52,486 nucleotides of DNA from IMG/VR virus record IMGVR_UViG_3300002855_000002, positions 1-52,486 of that record; one strand, 5' to 3'. A program made the position numbers and the translations under genes. The DNA comes from a virus. Its lineage: Duplodnaviria; Caudoviricetes. This document shows positions 8,749 to 18,189 of this stretch, piece by piece. Position 1 is the first letter of the stretch, and the number at the start of each line of letters is the position of its first letter. The notes beneath the pieces were generated by a model. The model saw only the letters and a program-made list of their open reading frames with translations, ran no database searches and was not told where the DNA came from.

Positions 8749-9519
8749 CTGTCGAAAGCTAATGCGCACTCTAAACGTTGTAATCTCCGCCATGTCTGTA
8801 CTGCCGCGGATACACCCGCTTGCAACCGGCTTTGCTCCGCGTTCATCGGAATCCACAGCGTAACAGGCGAAGGCGGTCGAGTGGCGTCTGCGAACATTCC
8901 GCACGAATATCGGCACGTTACGCTCGCATCATCGCCAGCAGCCGAAAGTCAGCCGGACATATACGCGCACTTGACGGAATACGTAAAGACGTTCGTCCGG
9001 CAATTTCTCGACGACAGTCCGCCTATTAAATCGCTATATCTATATTCGAAAGAACCTGGCACCGGAAAGACGACGACGGCTGCCGCGACCGCCAACGAAT
9101 ATATCAACGTTCATTATATCGGATCGGTTCGACGCAATAGGCAAGCGGCAGAGCGCCCGGTATATTTCCTCGACGTTAACGAGTGGCAGACGGACTATAG
9201 CGCGTTCAACCGGCCGCGCGTCCCGGAATCGACCGCAGCTCCGGCAGCCGAACGATATTACCGCGCTATGTCAGCCGCGTCATCGGCACCGTTCGTAGTG
9301 TTCGACGATATAGGCGTGCGGGAGGCGAGCGAGCCGTTCCGTGCCGATCTGCATTCCGTAATCAATGCGCGGGTGGCGAACGGGTTGTCTTCGGTGTATA
9401 CGTCGAATATTCCGATGGCGGAAATGGCGACGCTGTTCGACCGGAGGATTGCGGACCGGTTCCGTGAGCAGACGATTGAGTATACGTTCAAAGGCGCGAG
9501 CAAACGTGGCGTACGATAA
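8749..9519 (+). CDS. DnaC/DnaI-like helicase loader ATPase, probable CTG start
   Basis: Walker A PGTGKTT, Walker B VVFDDIG, YTSN, RIADR; in-frame Cys-rich N-terminus from CTG 8749, 8 nt after AAGGAGGT. Confidence 0.85.
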   Translation: MSKANAHSKRCNLRHVCTAADTPACNRLCSAFIGIHSVTGEGGRVASANIPHEYRHVTLASSPAAESQPDIYAHLTEYVKTFVRQFLDDSPPIKSLYLYSKEPGTGKTTTAAATANEYINVHYIGSVRRNRQAAERPVYFLDVNEWQTDYSAFNRPRVPESTAAPAAERYYRAMSAASSAPFVVFDDIGVREASEPFRADLHSVINARVANGLSSVYTSNIPMAEMATLFDRRIADRFREQTIEYTFKGASKRGVR

Positions 9520-9942
9520 TTTACGTAAAACTGTGAAATGACGAGAAAACGGGAGATCGTATCTCAATCGTGACCAAACGAGGGGCTTTCGTGTGAATAC
9601 GATAGGATACGATATGACTAGCGAATTGTAATTATATGTAAATCAGAATACGATATGACACGTTATGAACCGATTTGACAACCGAATAATTGACGAGCGA
9701 TTTCGTCATAATCGTCAAATATGGCGTTTTACAGAAGTAGTACCCGTCTTATACAATCATCGTAAATCTACGAGAACGCGCGAAATAAAGAGATCGCGAA
9801 TACTACGGGAAAACGTATTTTCAAAGCAGCATTATAAATCCGATGTGCTACGGGTATTTAGTAACTGCTCTATACAGGCATTTACGACCATTGCTCGGTA
9901 TCGGATTACTGAATATCATTAATACAACGAGGAGGCGAACGC

Positions 9943-11301
9943 ATGAGTTACGTTGAATCGCTACTATCACGGATCATTGACGATAATAACGTTAAGCAAC
10001 TGGACAAGCTCGGACTTGACCGCGACTTCTTTCCGGCAGGCGTCGAACGAGATGCGTACGAATTTATCCGTAAATATACGAACGAACACGGCCGCGCACC
10101 GAGTTATGCCGCAGTCGTGACGGAAGTGCCAGACTTTACGTATATTCCGGACGTTACGGATTCATACGATTATATGGCGCGACGAATCAAGGAAACGTGG
10201 GCGCAAGAGGAAACGCAGCGAATACTCAATAGCCGAGAACATGCGGAAAAGTACGCAGAAGTCGGGTATGGTATCACATTCGAAGAGTACGTGCAATACT
10301 TGAATACGCGGCTTAACGATGTTAAAATGAGAACATACGTTCGCAAAATAATAGGAACGGATGTCGCAACGGCCAGTGACGTATTCCTGGTGGAGTACGA
10401 ACGAAGGAAATCGGGCGAATCGTTCAAAATATGGAAGTCCGCGTTTCGCACCGTTAATGATGCGATAGGTGGCGGATATTTCAGCGGTAATATGTATACG
10501 TGGTTTGCGCGATCTGGTCGCGGTAAATCTATTGTAACGTTAGTCGAAGCGATAGAAGCGGCAATGGCGGGCGCGGTCGTCATCATATGGGCGATGGAAA
10601 TGACGCTGTACGAATGCCTATCTCGTATCTTTACGTTTATATCTGCGCGGGCTGGCGTAATGGTTGCGAATATTGACGGAATGGAAATTGACGCAGGCTT
10701 CGATAACCGCGCGATGCTTGCCGGAAAATTGCCGGAACAAATAGCTGGCGAAATGACCGAGTTTATCCGTACGATCAACGAACACATTTCCGGACGTATT
10801 ATCGTTCGTGCGGTCGATGACTCGACGTTCGTTAACCGAAGTGTATCAGCATTAGAGTCCGAAATTAACGAAGCTGGCGCGGATGTCGTCTTAATCGATC
10901 CGATTTACTATATGGATTACGAGGCGAATACGTCGAAAACAGCAGGCGGTGACGTTGCGGCTACGAGTAAAGCGCTGCGACGACTTGCCGGTAAAACACA
11001 AACGGTAATTCACGTAATAACGCAGGCGGACGAGGACGAGAAGGATAAGACGACGGAAACACGCGAATTAAAACCGCCAGCACGTTCCGAAGTGAAGAAA
11101 ACGAAAGCGGTACTCGAAGATGCGGTCGCACTATTCGCGTTTGATTCCGTAAAGGAGGAAGGTCGCGGTAAAATAGCGCTAAGAAAAGGTCGCAGCGGAG
11201 GCGAGGATACAACTGTCGAAGTCGTATACCTGCCGAATTACGGGATCGTACGTGAGCCAGTAGCGGAAGATATAGCGGCACAATTCGTTGGGAATTTTTA
11301 A
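9943..11301 (+). CDS. DnaB-like replicative helicase
   Basis: ARSGRGKS Walker A, AMEM, VLIDPIY, ITQ, KGR. Confidence 0.9.
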   Translation: MSYVESLLSRIIDDNNVKQLDKLGLDRDFFPAGVERDAYEFIRKYTNEHGRAPSYAAVVTEVPDFTYIPDVTDSYDYMARRIKETWAQEETQRILNSREHAEKYAEVGYGITFEEYVQYLNTRLNDVKMRTYVRKIIGTDVATASDVFLVEYERRKSGESFKIWKSAFRTVNDAIGGGYFSGNMYTWFARSGRGKSIVTLVEAIEAAMAGAVVIIWAMEMTLYECLSRIFTFISARAGVMVANIDGMEIDAGFDNRAMLAGKLPEQIAGEMTEFIRTINEHISGRIIVRAVDDSTFVNRSVSALESEINEAGADVVLIDPIYYMDYEANTSKTAGGDVAATSKALRRLAGKTQTVIHVITQADEDEKDKTTETRELKPPARSEVKKTKAVLEDAVALFAFDSVKEEGRGKIALRKGRSGGEDTTVEVVYLPNYGIVREPVAEDIAAQFVGNF

Positions 11302-11379
11302 TTCCACTATTTACAAACGAACCGAACCGTTGTATCATAAAATTTGCACCAAAAAATGATTCATAAGGTGGTTCGTTAA

Positions 11380-11733
11380 ATGGGTGAGAGCAAACTAACT
11401 AATGTAATTAAATCCTTTACAGAAAAAGAGAATAATACAACGAGTATCTTAGATAAGCAAGTACGTTTCTCTATTTCGCTATCTAATTTACAAAGTAAGA
11501 AATTAGACGTGTTAGTTGACATAATAGGATTAAGCAAGCAGGAGTTTATTGCTAAAGTCCTTGATGCCGCTATGATCGATTTGGAGGGTGAGCTTAATTT
11601 GATAGACTCCACTTCAATCGATACATTCGGACATAAACAGTACCACTATAAAACTAAGTACGTTAGGGAAATTTTAGCGAAGTTAGGCATCACAGAGGAC
11701 GAATGGTACGATATGCGTTCTAAAAATATGTAA
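11380..11733 (+). CDS. AT-rich moron-like hypothetical protein, possibly DNA-binding
   Basis: Composition shift; inserted between helicase and primase; TTTACA...TATCAT promoter-like sequence upstream. Confidence 0.6.
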   Translation: MGESKLTNVIKSFTEKENNTTSILDKQVRFSISLSNLQSKKLDVLVDIIGLSKQEFIAKVLDAAMIDLEGELNLIDSTSIDTFGHKQYHYKTKYVREILAKLGITEDEWYDMRSKNM

Positions 11734-11747
11734 GGCGGTGATGCACG

Positions 11748-12674
11748 ATGATTGACGTACGCACCGAACTCGAAGCGTTTCACTGGACGAACGCGACGTG
11801 GACAAGCGGTAAGTTAATCGCAGCAAGTCCGTTAAGGTACGAGCAACATCCGTCATTTGCGGTAATGTTAGATCACGGAGGTTGGCGGGATTGGGGCGCA
11901 GATGATCCGTATTGGCAAAGCGGAAACTTTACGAAGCTACTCGCATTCCTCCGTAACGAGACATACGAAGAAACCGCGGAGTACCTATCAGCAAAATACG
12001 GTGACGGTTCAATATTAACGTATGACGACGAAGGCCGCCCGATATTCCGACCGCCCGACCTTCTGCAACCACGAATCAAGCCGCGACGCATTCCGCAGTA
12101 CATACTAGACAATTACCGCTATCGTTCCGACTATCTCGGACGACGCGGAATCAGCGAAGATATTCAGCGGTTAATGGCGATAGGTTACGATATGGATTCG
12201 AAGGCCGTTACAATTCCGTGGTTCAACTCGGACGGATCGCTCGGCAACGTCATGTACCGGAAAACGCGTGGCAAGACGTTTTGGTATCGGAAGGACAGCC
12301 GACCAATTGGCGAAATGCTATACGGCATTCATCTATCGTACAAGCACCGGCTGAAATCTGCGGCAATCGTGGAGGCGCCTATCGACGGTCTGACGCTTAT
12401 GTCGAATGGGGTTTACGGAATAGCGACGGGCGGAACAGCGGTAACGGATGCGAAAATTGCGCTAATACTGCGGTCGCCTATCGAGGAGTTAACGATATGG
12501 CGGGACCAGGACGGGGCCGGCCGCACGTGGCAAAGACGGCTAGTTACGGCACTCCGCGGCAAGATTCGTTTGAAAATTGCGAAAATTCCGAAGGGGTACA
12601 AGGACGTTAACGAAATGGTGTGCGCGGGCGTTCGAGTAGATGACGTAAATATTCGTAGTGTTACCATTTTTTGA
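11748..12674 (+). CDS. DNA primase (TOPRIM)
   Basis: YLGRRGIS, IVEAPID, DQDGAG, KDVNE. Confidence 0.88.
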   Translation: MIDVRTELEAFHWTNATWTSGKLIAASPLRYEQHPSFAVMLDHGGWRDWGADDPYWQSGNFTKLLAFLRNETYEETAEYLSAKYGDGSILTYDDEGRPIFRPPDLLQPRIKPRRIPQYILDNYRYRSDYLGRRGISEDIQRLMAIGYDMDSKAVTIPWFNSDGSLGNVMYRKTRGKTFWYRKDSRPIGEMLYGIHLSYKHRLKSAAIVEAPIDGLTLMSNGVYGIATGGTAVTDAKIALILRSPIEELTIWRDQDGAGRTWQRRLVTALRGKIRLKIAKIPKGYKDVNEMVCAGVRVDDVNIRSVTIF

Positions 12675-12746
12675 CGTAGATAAAAACGGTTACATTGCTT
12701 TATAATGGTAATACGCAAATGTGCGAATTTTACCGCAGTCGAGCGC

Positions 12747-12965
12747 TCATTCATCGAGTGCCCACTCGTAAAGCATCCGTTCCTTGACGTCTAGCGCTTC
12801 CGCGATTGGTATAGCGATTGATAGCGGCATTTCCTTAAGCCGATTAGTCGCATACTTCGAGATAGTTTTTTCGTCAATACCAGAATGCTCCGCAAGCTGC
12901 CGTTGTTTCCAGCCGCGAGCTGCGAGTAAGTCCGGAATGAGGCATCGACGCGGGATTAATCGCAT
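12747..12965 (-). CDS. Cro/CI-type HTH regulator
   Basis: WKQRQLAEHSGIDEKTISKY...IAEALDV; GGAGG SD. Confidence 0.85.
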   Translation of the reverse strand: MRLIPRRCLIPDLLAARGWKQRQLAEHSGIDEKTISKYATNRLKEMPLSIAIPIAEALDVKERMLYEWALDE

Positions 12966-13005
12966 CGAGTTCCTCCAAAAAATAAATATTAAATAATTTT
13001 TGAAA

Positions 13006-13043
13006 AAGTGTGCCGAATTGAAATGGCATCCGACTATATAAGT
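13006..13043 (+). promoter_or_regulatory. Phage-specific bipartite motif, copy 2 (upstream of the sigma-like gene)
   Basis: AAGTGTGCCGA-N14-CGACTATATAAGT. Confidence 0.75.
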
Positions 13044-13062
13044 GAAAAGGAGATGATATTGG

Positions 13063-13641
13063 TTGACAACACAATATCAAGTAGTTTATGAAAAGCACGT
13101 CAAAAGTGAAGTAACCACATCGGAGTTCTACAGAATACTCTCCCCACTAAAGGATTCGCATTTACGAAAATCCAAGCAATCATACTTTTTGGACGAGCAT
13201 ACCGCGTTAGAAATTTTTGACGAAGTGTTTATGAGTATTACAGATTGTATCCTAGATATCGAGCGGTGGTTGAATCGGGCACTACACCGACGAAGAATCG
13301 ATGCGCACCGACAACGTAAAGCCCGAAGTAAGTACGAACAGATTAAAGAGTACATACCCGAAACGACGCCAATCGTTAACGAGGTAGAGTGCTCAGTAAT
13401 TCAAAAAGAAGAAGCCGATCACCGCCAAGTAATCGACTTCATCCTACGGACCGCCAAGCCCGATGCAACAACGACGGCAATCGTTGAAGCATATTTAATC
13501 GCGCCACCCAGCGCTACTCGCAAGGAAATCGCAAGATCACTTGGACTTCATCACGAGATTGTTAAACGTAAACTACTTAGTCTTTCTCGCCATTACGACG
13601 CCAATCGTTTTGGAGAGCATTACGACTATTTAGCTGTTTAA
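13063..13641 (+). CDS. Sigma-70/ECF-like phage transcription factor
   Basis: WLNRALHRRRIDAHR region-2-like; TRKEIARSLGL..VKRKL region-4 HTH. Confidence 0.65.
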   Translation: MTTQYQVVYEKHVKSEVTTSEFYRILSPLKDSHLRKSKQSYFLDEHTALEIFDEVFMSITDCILDIERWLNRALHRRRIDAHRQRKARSKYEQIKEYIPETTPIVNEVECSVIQKEEADHRQVIDFILRTAKPDATTTAIVEAYLIAPPSATRKEIARSLGLHHEIVKRKLLSLSRHYDANRFGEHYDYLAV

Positions 13642-13831
13642 CATATAGTAAGTATAACATAATTGTCAACTTAGTTTCAGTGTCGGAAAATACACGCTTA
13701 GGCATTACGTATAGGTTCCGAAGGTAATTCGCGGATAAGCGAATGTTAGCTACTTTTGATATTATAACGTTCGCTTTCCGGATTTGTCAACTGTTTTTTA
13801 CAATTATTATCATTTCCGGAGGTGTTTTAAC

Positions 13832-14005
13832 GTGTCTATCGATACTTATATACGTAGTATATCCGCAAAGGTTCCGAAATATACACGAAATTCTAACGAA
13901 ATCTTACGCAACGAGTTTTTATACGAAGGTGGGCGTCCATCTTACGTCGATCCGGCCGACTATTCGTACGGGCAACGCACGGTAAAAGGGGTGCGTCTCG
14001 GATGA
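13832..14005 (+). CDS. Small hypothetical protein
   Basis: GGAGGTG SD then GTG; ATGA overlap with the next gene. Confidence 0.55.
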   Translation: MSIDTYIRSISAKVPKYTRNSNEILRNEFLYEGGRPSYVDPADYSYGQRTVKGVRLG

Positions 14006-14547
14006 ATAACCGGAACATCGATCACACGCAAGTTATCGTAAGTAATCACGCGGTCGACCGTGCCGTCGAACGGCTGGCGTTAAAACGTGACGATGCCCGT
14101 CGCATTATTCGTACGAATCTCCGCAGCGCTGAATATATTTCCGATGTAACGGACGTCGACGGTAAGTTTGGTCGAATGTTTGCGCACGATGGCGTGGCGT
14201 ACGTACTAGACGCGCGTTACGATCAAGTCCTCACGTTGTATCGATATGAGCGCAAGCATATTACGTTAGGCGAGCGGTTCGTTAAAATGGCACGCGCTGA
14301 ACTCCGTAAATGGCAGCGGAAGGAATCCGTTATCGAACGTGACATTGCGATTAAGAAGGCGAAACTGGACGTTGAAGCAGCGGAATGTCGCTATAAAATG
14401 GCGATCACACCGAGTAAGGCCGTTATACGAGTGAATACGGAAAGGTTACGCATGATTGACGATGAAAAGGCGACGTTAGACGCGGAGCTGGCGGAAGTCG
14501 TCCGTATGAAATCGGCAGTAGCGAAGGGACTTACGGCTTTTGTTTAA
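14002..14547 (+). CDS. Hypothetical protein (SNHAVDR N-terminal domain plus coiled coil)
   Basis: Long ORF with phage codon usage. Confidence 0.7.
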   Translation: MNNRNIDHTQVIVSNHAVDRAVERLALKRDDARRIIRTNLRSAEYISDVTDVDGKFGRMFAHDGVAYVLDARYDQVLTLYRYERKHITLGERFVKMARAELRKWQRKESVIERDIAIKKAKLDVEAAECRYKMAITPSKAVIRVNTERLRMIDDEKATLDAELAEVVRMKSAVAKGLTAFV

Positions 14548-14559
14548 CGAATATATGAC

Positions 14560-14960
14560 GATAAGATAGCGAAGTTAAAACGTTATCTACGGCCACGATA
14601 AAGACTCGAAAGAGTCTTACGTCGGCAAGGCGGCAGTAGTTTCTACGGCTATGGCGGATAGTTTACGAACAACTCCGCGATTGCTGCCGTCTTGCGGACG
14701 TAAGAGCCGGCCGAATAAGGGCGGAAACATCCGCTAGCACACCGAAAGGCTGCGAGCTGAAACGTAAGACGGGTAATGTACGGGTCGACACGTGCAATGT
14801 CCGCAAACTTACGTCCGATTGAGCCGAAGGGCTGACCGCGAAGGCGACGCGGTATCTGCACCGGGCAGACATTAAACAAGAACCGGAAACCCTATATCGC
14901 TGCGTGAAAATAGGTAGAGGCACGCCCGTCCCGCTCGGAGATTGTCCGAGTCCTCTACCG
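14560..14960 (+). ncRNA. Candidate structured RNA / SSB leader (about 400 nt)
   Basis: At least nine stems, GAAA and UACG tetraloops, and a 26-bp helix whose imperfect positions are mostly G:U on the + strand. Confidence 0.55.
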
Positions 14961-14989
14961 AAAATAAACCGAAAAGGATGCGTGATCGA

Positions 14990-15790
14990 ATGAGTCAATT
15001 TACACGTAGAGGTTCAGCGGCAGTAGAGGCGGCAACGGCCGAAAAGGAAAACGGAACAAGCTCGCACGTACCATTCCCGTCCGGCACAACGTTGAAAGTC
15101 CGAATCAAGTCGACGGAAGATTCAGCGGAATACTATGCGCATGGCATTTACGGCAAGGTGAATACCTTTGTCCCTAAGACGCCAGCCGTCCGCAACGCCC
15201 GCGGCTTTATCGAATCGAATCCGTCCGTATGGGATCGCGCGGCCGACCTATTGTATGCGGATGCCAAAGCGTTAAAAGACGCAGGCGACGAAAAGGGCGC
15301 GGAGAAAGTCCGTAACGAGGCGTATCTGCTGAAATCGAAAGCTCGCTATCTCGTAGGCTTCGGCAATCTCGAAACTGGCGAAGATGGATTCGTCGACTTA
15401 ACGCCAAAGCAAGCGAAAGGTGTATTCGCGGCTATTACGAAGTATGCGAAACGTCTCGATAAGTTAGCGTTCGAGCTATCGAAAACCGGCTCGTCAACGG
15501 ATACCGTCGTTACATTATCGCCAATCATCGATATGGACGAGGATTTGACGGATGCCGAGCGTGCGAATTTCGAAAAGGTGGGCGAGAAGCCGTTTGATTT
15601 CGCGGCATTCGAAGGCTTTCTATTCGAAGCGGACGAGGCGGAGCAGACGAAGAATCTCGTAATTGCTGGCTTCGACATTTCGCGATTAGGCTTATCGATT
15701 GGAGCTGCGGCAGGCACTTCGGTCCCGGATGACAACGTTAAGCCGATTGACGACGACGCGGCTCCGGTCGATCCTACGAAAATATTCTAA
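14990..15790 (+). CDS. Probable single-stranded DNA-binding protein (gp32-like)
   Basis: Position in the replication module, SKTGSSTDTVVTL motif, acidic tail ending in F. Confidence 0.6.
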   Translation: MSQFTRRGSAAVEAATAEKENGTSSHVPFPSGTTLKVRIKSTEDSAEYYAHGIYGKVNTFVPKTPAVRNARGFIESNPSVWDRAADLLYADAKALKDAGDEKGAEKVRNEAYLLKSKARYLVGFGNLETGEDGFVDLTPKQAKGVFAAITKYAKRLDKLAFELSKTGSSTDTVVTLSPIIDMDEDLTDAERANFEKVGEKPFDFAAFEGFLFEADEAEQTKNLVIAGFDISRLGLSIGAAAGTSVPDDNVKPIDDDAAPVDPTKIF

Positions 15791-15804
15791 CGGAGGGCGC
15801 ACGT

Positions 15805-15975
15805 ATGGTTAACGTAATTGAGCGAACAGCTCCGCAATTGTCCGGAAATGGGAACGGGCTTCCTCCGTTCCTGTTAACGGCAGCAGGCGGAGATGACGGC
15901 AACGATGACTACGATAGAGGACGATATGACTTCGTATTCGTTGGCGGTAAGTTTACGGCAGTTATCCGAAAATAA
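15805..15975 (+). CDS. Small hypothetical protein (56 aa)
   Basis: GGAGG SD then ATG. Confidence 0.45.
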   Translation: MVNVIERTAPQLSGNGNGLPPFLLTAAGGDDGNDDYDRGRYDFVFVGGKFTAVIRK

Positions 15976-15995
15976 GACGAAAAGGTGGCGGTTTA

Positions 15996-16103
15996 ATGTT
16001 TAAGTTCATCGATATGATTACGAAATTAGAGGTAACTACGGAGTATTCGAAATTAAGCGCAGGGCAAAAGCGCCTAGTCAACGCAGTAGCTAATCGTAAG
16101 TAG
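15996..16103 (+). CDS. Small hypothetical protein (35 aa)
   Basis: AAAGGTGG SD then ATG. Confidence 0.4.
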   Translation: MFKFIDMITKLEVTTEYSKLSAGQKRLVNAVANRK

Positions 16104-16134
16104 GCGTTATTATTCGGATAAGGAGGCGATTTTT

Positions 16135-16557
16135 ACGGCACACGTAACGGAACGTACCGGTAAGTATTCGGAATTAATCGCAAGGGCGGCTTTGCTCGCT
16201 AACGGCTGGACGGTGCATACGTCGGACACGGACGAGGCGTACGATATTCTCGCGACTGATCCGCTAAATGGCGAACACTACCGTATCCAAGTGAAAACGA
16301 TCCGGCAGCGCAGCGACCGAGGCGGGGAACTCGTTGTCTATGCGAAAAAAGGAAATGGCGAGCCATATACGAAGTCCGACGCTGATTCGATAATTGGCGT
16401 GTGGTGTCCGGATGGCGCAGCGGTGCCTCGCGTATTCATGTTCGAAGTACGCGGAATTGGCGAGTATTGGGCGGGCGAGCAGCGTGCGACCGAGCGATGG
16501 GGCGAACTTAATATCGCGTTAGACCGCGAAATCGAAAGCGTGGCGTATGCGATATGA
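16135..16557 (+). CDS. PD-(D/E)XK endonuclease, probable ACG start
   Basis: GKYSE...LLANG, YD, IQVKT motifs; the GxxxE helix lies upstream of the first TTG; ACG is 8 nt after TAAGGAGG. Confidence 0.75.
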   Translation, partial: TAHVTERTGKYSELIARAALLANGWTVHTSDTDEAYDILATDPLNGEHYRIQVKTIRQRSDRGGELVVYAKKGNGEPYTKSDADSIIGVWCPDGAAVPRVFMFEVRGIGEYWAGEQRATERWGELNIALDREIESVAYAI

Positions 16558-16763
16558 TGCCAGAGCTACCGATTAATCCACCGGAGCCGGCCGAAGTAGC
16601 GGAATGTGCGTACTGTGGCGGTGAGATTTACGAAGATGACGAGGTTGCACGGATAGATGACGGTGGAGGATTCGTGCATGAAGGCAGATGTCAACGAGAA
16701 TATGCGTTCGAGCGTGTGTACGATGCGGTAGGCGTAATCGACCGTAATAAAAATATCGAATAA
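16554..16763 (+). CDS. Small zinc-finger protein
   Basis: CAYC...HEGRC. Confidence 0.65.
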   Translation: MMPELPINPPEPAEVAECAYCGGEIYEDDEVARIDDGGGFVHEGRCQREYAFERVYDAVGVIDRNKNIE

Positions 16764-16779
16764 AGGTGGCGTTGTGTAA

Positions 16780-18189
16780 ATGGCAGCAATCGCAAATGTA
16801 AAGGTTATCGAAAGTATGATCGAAGTTCCCGCGGTGGCGTGCGCACAGTACCGTAAAGTCGACCGTAAGGCGAAGGTAGGCGACGTTATTAAGTATACCG
16901 ACGAATCCTCTTCATACCTGACTTCCGGTGAATTTTACGAAGTCGTCCGTATGGATTCGTACGACGATCCGCAGATTATCGATAATGACGGGGATGAGTA
17001 CGATTTGGCCGGTGACGATTACGAAGTGTTCGAGAAGGTAACGGAGGGTGCGAAACCGGAAGCAAATCCGGAGCCGGACGAGTTGTTTACGTACGAGGGC
17101 GTACAATACCGTAAGGTCAAACGTAAGGCAGCGGTCGGAGAGTTGTGCTTACGTACGAAACATTTCGTAAAAAATCAAGTAGGCTCCGTAACAAAAGTGG
17201 GTAGAATAGGCGCAATTGAACCGGTCGGAGACGATGGCGAATCTCTATTTCCGGGATATTACGTAGTCCTCGAGCCTGTGAAGCCGGCTACCGCAGCAGG
17301 GCCGGAATCCAAGTATAAGCCGGGCGATAAAGTGCGCACGAAGCACGACGATGAGGTTCTTACGTTAAAGGAGCGACGTCCAAGCGCAGATGACTTCGGA
17401 TATGGTACCGCGTGGACTCTAACGAACGGTTTTTGGCTTGGCGAGAATCAATTCGAACTTTGCGAAGATACAGTCGCATCCGTCTCGGAAACTATCGTAC
17501 AAGACGGTATCACGTATCGACACGTGAAGGAAGGCGAGAAACCAACGCATATTACACGTAAATCGGACGCGCCTCGTAGAAGCTGGATACTTAGAGATAA
17601 GGTCTACGAAATCAATAGCGTAAGCGTTAACGGTCATTTCCGAATAACTGACGAGGACGGAGACAATTCGATGGTCAACAAATCGTACGTTATCGGTTTG
17701 GTTGCTGTGGAGCAACCGAAGCCTGCTCGCATTCCGGTCGGTAGTTACGTTAAGGCAACACAAGGCTTGGCGCATTTCCGTAATGCTGGCGATATTTTAG
17801 AGGTAACAGAAGATGACGGTTCCGGCATTCCTTACAGACTGGTTCACTTAGATGGTAGTTACGCAGGATATGCGGATGGCAGCGACATCACGCCAATTTC
17901 CGAAGCCGAAGCGAAAGCCGCAGTCGAAGCCGAGGCGGAACGTACGAAATGGGCGGCAATCGGTCGTAAAGTTGGCGAGATTAAAAGTGGTGACGTCGTG
18001 GAAGTCGTTAGTAGGAACGGGGGACGTAATCCGAAGGGGAGAATAGGTGTCGCCAAGGAAAATGGAACCGAATCTAGTACACGTGTTGGAACGGTAGAGA
18101 ATCCGGAAGGAACAGCGTGTTGGGCGCGTGTTAAACTCCTCGTACCCGTCGAGCAACGTTTTGATCGCGAAGCCGAGGACGCATCCTAA
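16780..18189 (+). CDS. Modular protein with repeated KOW/SH3-like units
   Basis: Repeated YRKV(D/K)RKA(K/A)VG(D/E), KYKPGDKV and GEIKSGDVV units. Confidence 0.75.
   Translation: MAAIANVKVIESMIEVPAVACAQYRKVDRKAKVGDVIKYTDESSSYLTSGEFYEVVRMDSYDDPQIIDNDGDEYDLAGDDYEVFEKVTEGAKPEANPEPDELFTYEGVQYRKVKRKAAVGELCLRTKHFVKNQVGSVTKVGRIGAIEPVGDDGESLFPGYYVVLEPVKPATAAGPESKYKPGDKVRTKHDDEVLTLKERRPSADDFGYGTAWTLTNGFWLGENQFELCEDTVASVSETIVQDGITYRHVKEGEKPTHITRKSDAPRRSWILRDKVYEINSVSVNGHFRITDEDGDNSMVNKSYVIGLVAVEQPKPARIPVGSYVKATQGLAHFRNAGDILEVTEDDGSGIPYRLVHLDGSYAGYADGSDITPISEAEAKAAVEAEAERTKWAAIGRKVGEIKSGDVVEVVSRNGGRNPKGRIGVAKENGTESSTRVGTVENPEGTACWARVKLLVPVEQRFDREAEDAS

Noticed and set aside
9665-9922. 85-aa ORF between loader and helicase
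   Set aside because: No SD, starts within the repeat cluster, no recognisable motif
14649-14998. Minus-strand ORFs, and a group I intron interpretation of the structured tract
   Set aside because: The ORFs lack an SD; no interrupted gene flanks the tract and I could not identify group I core elements
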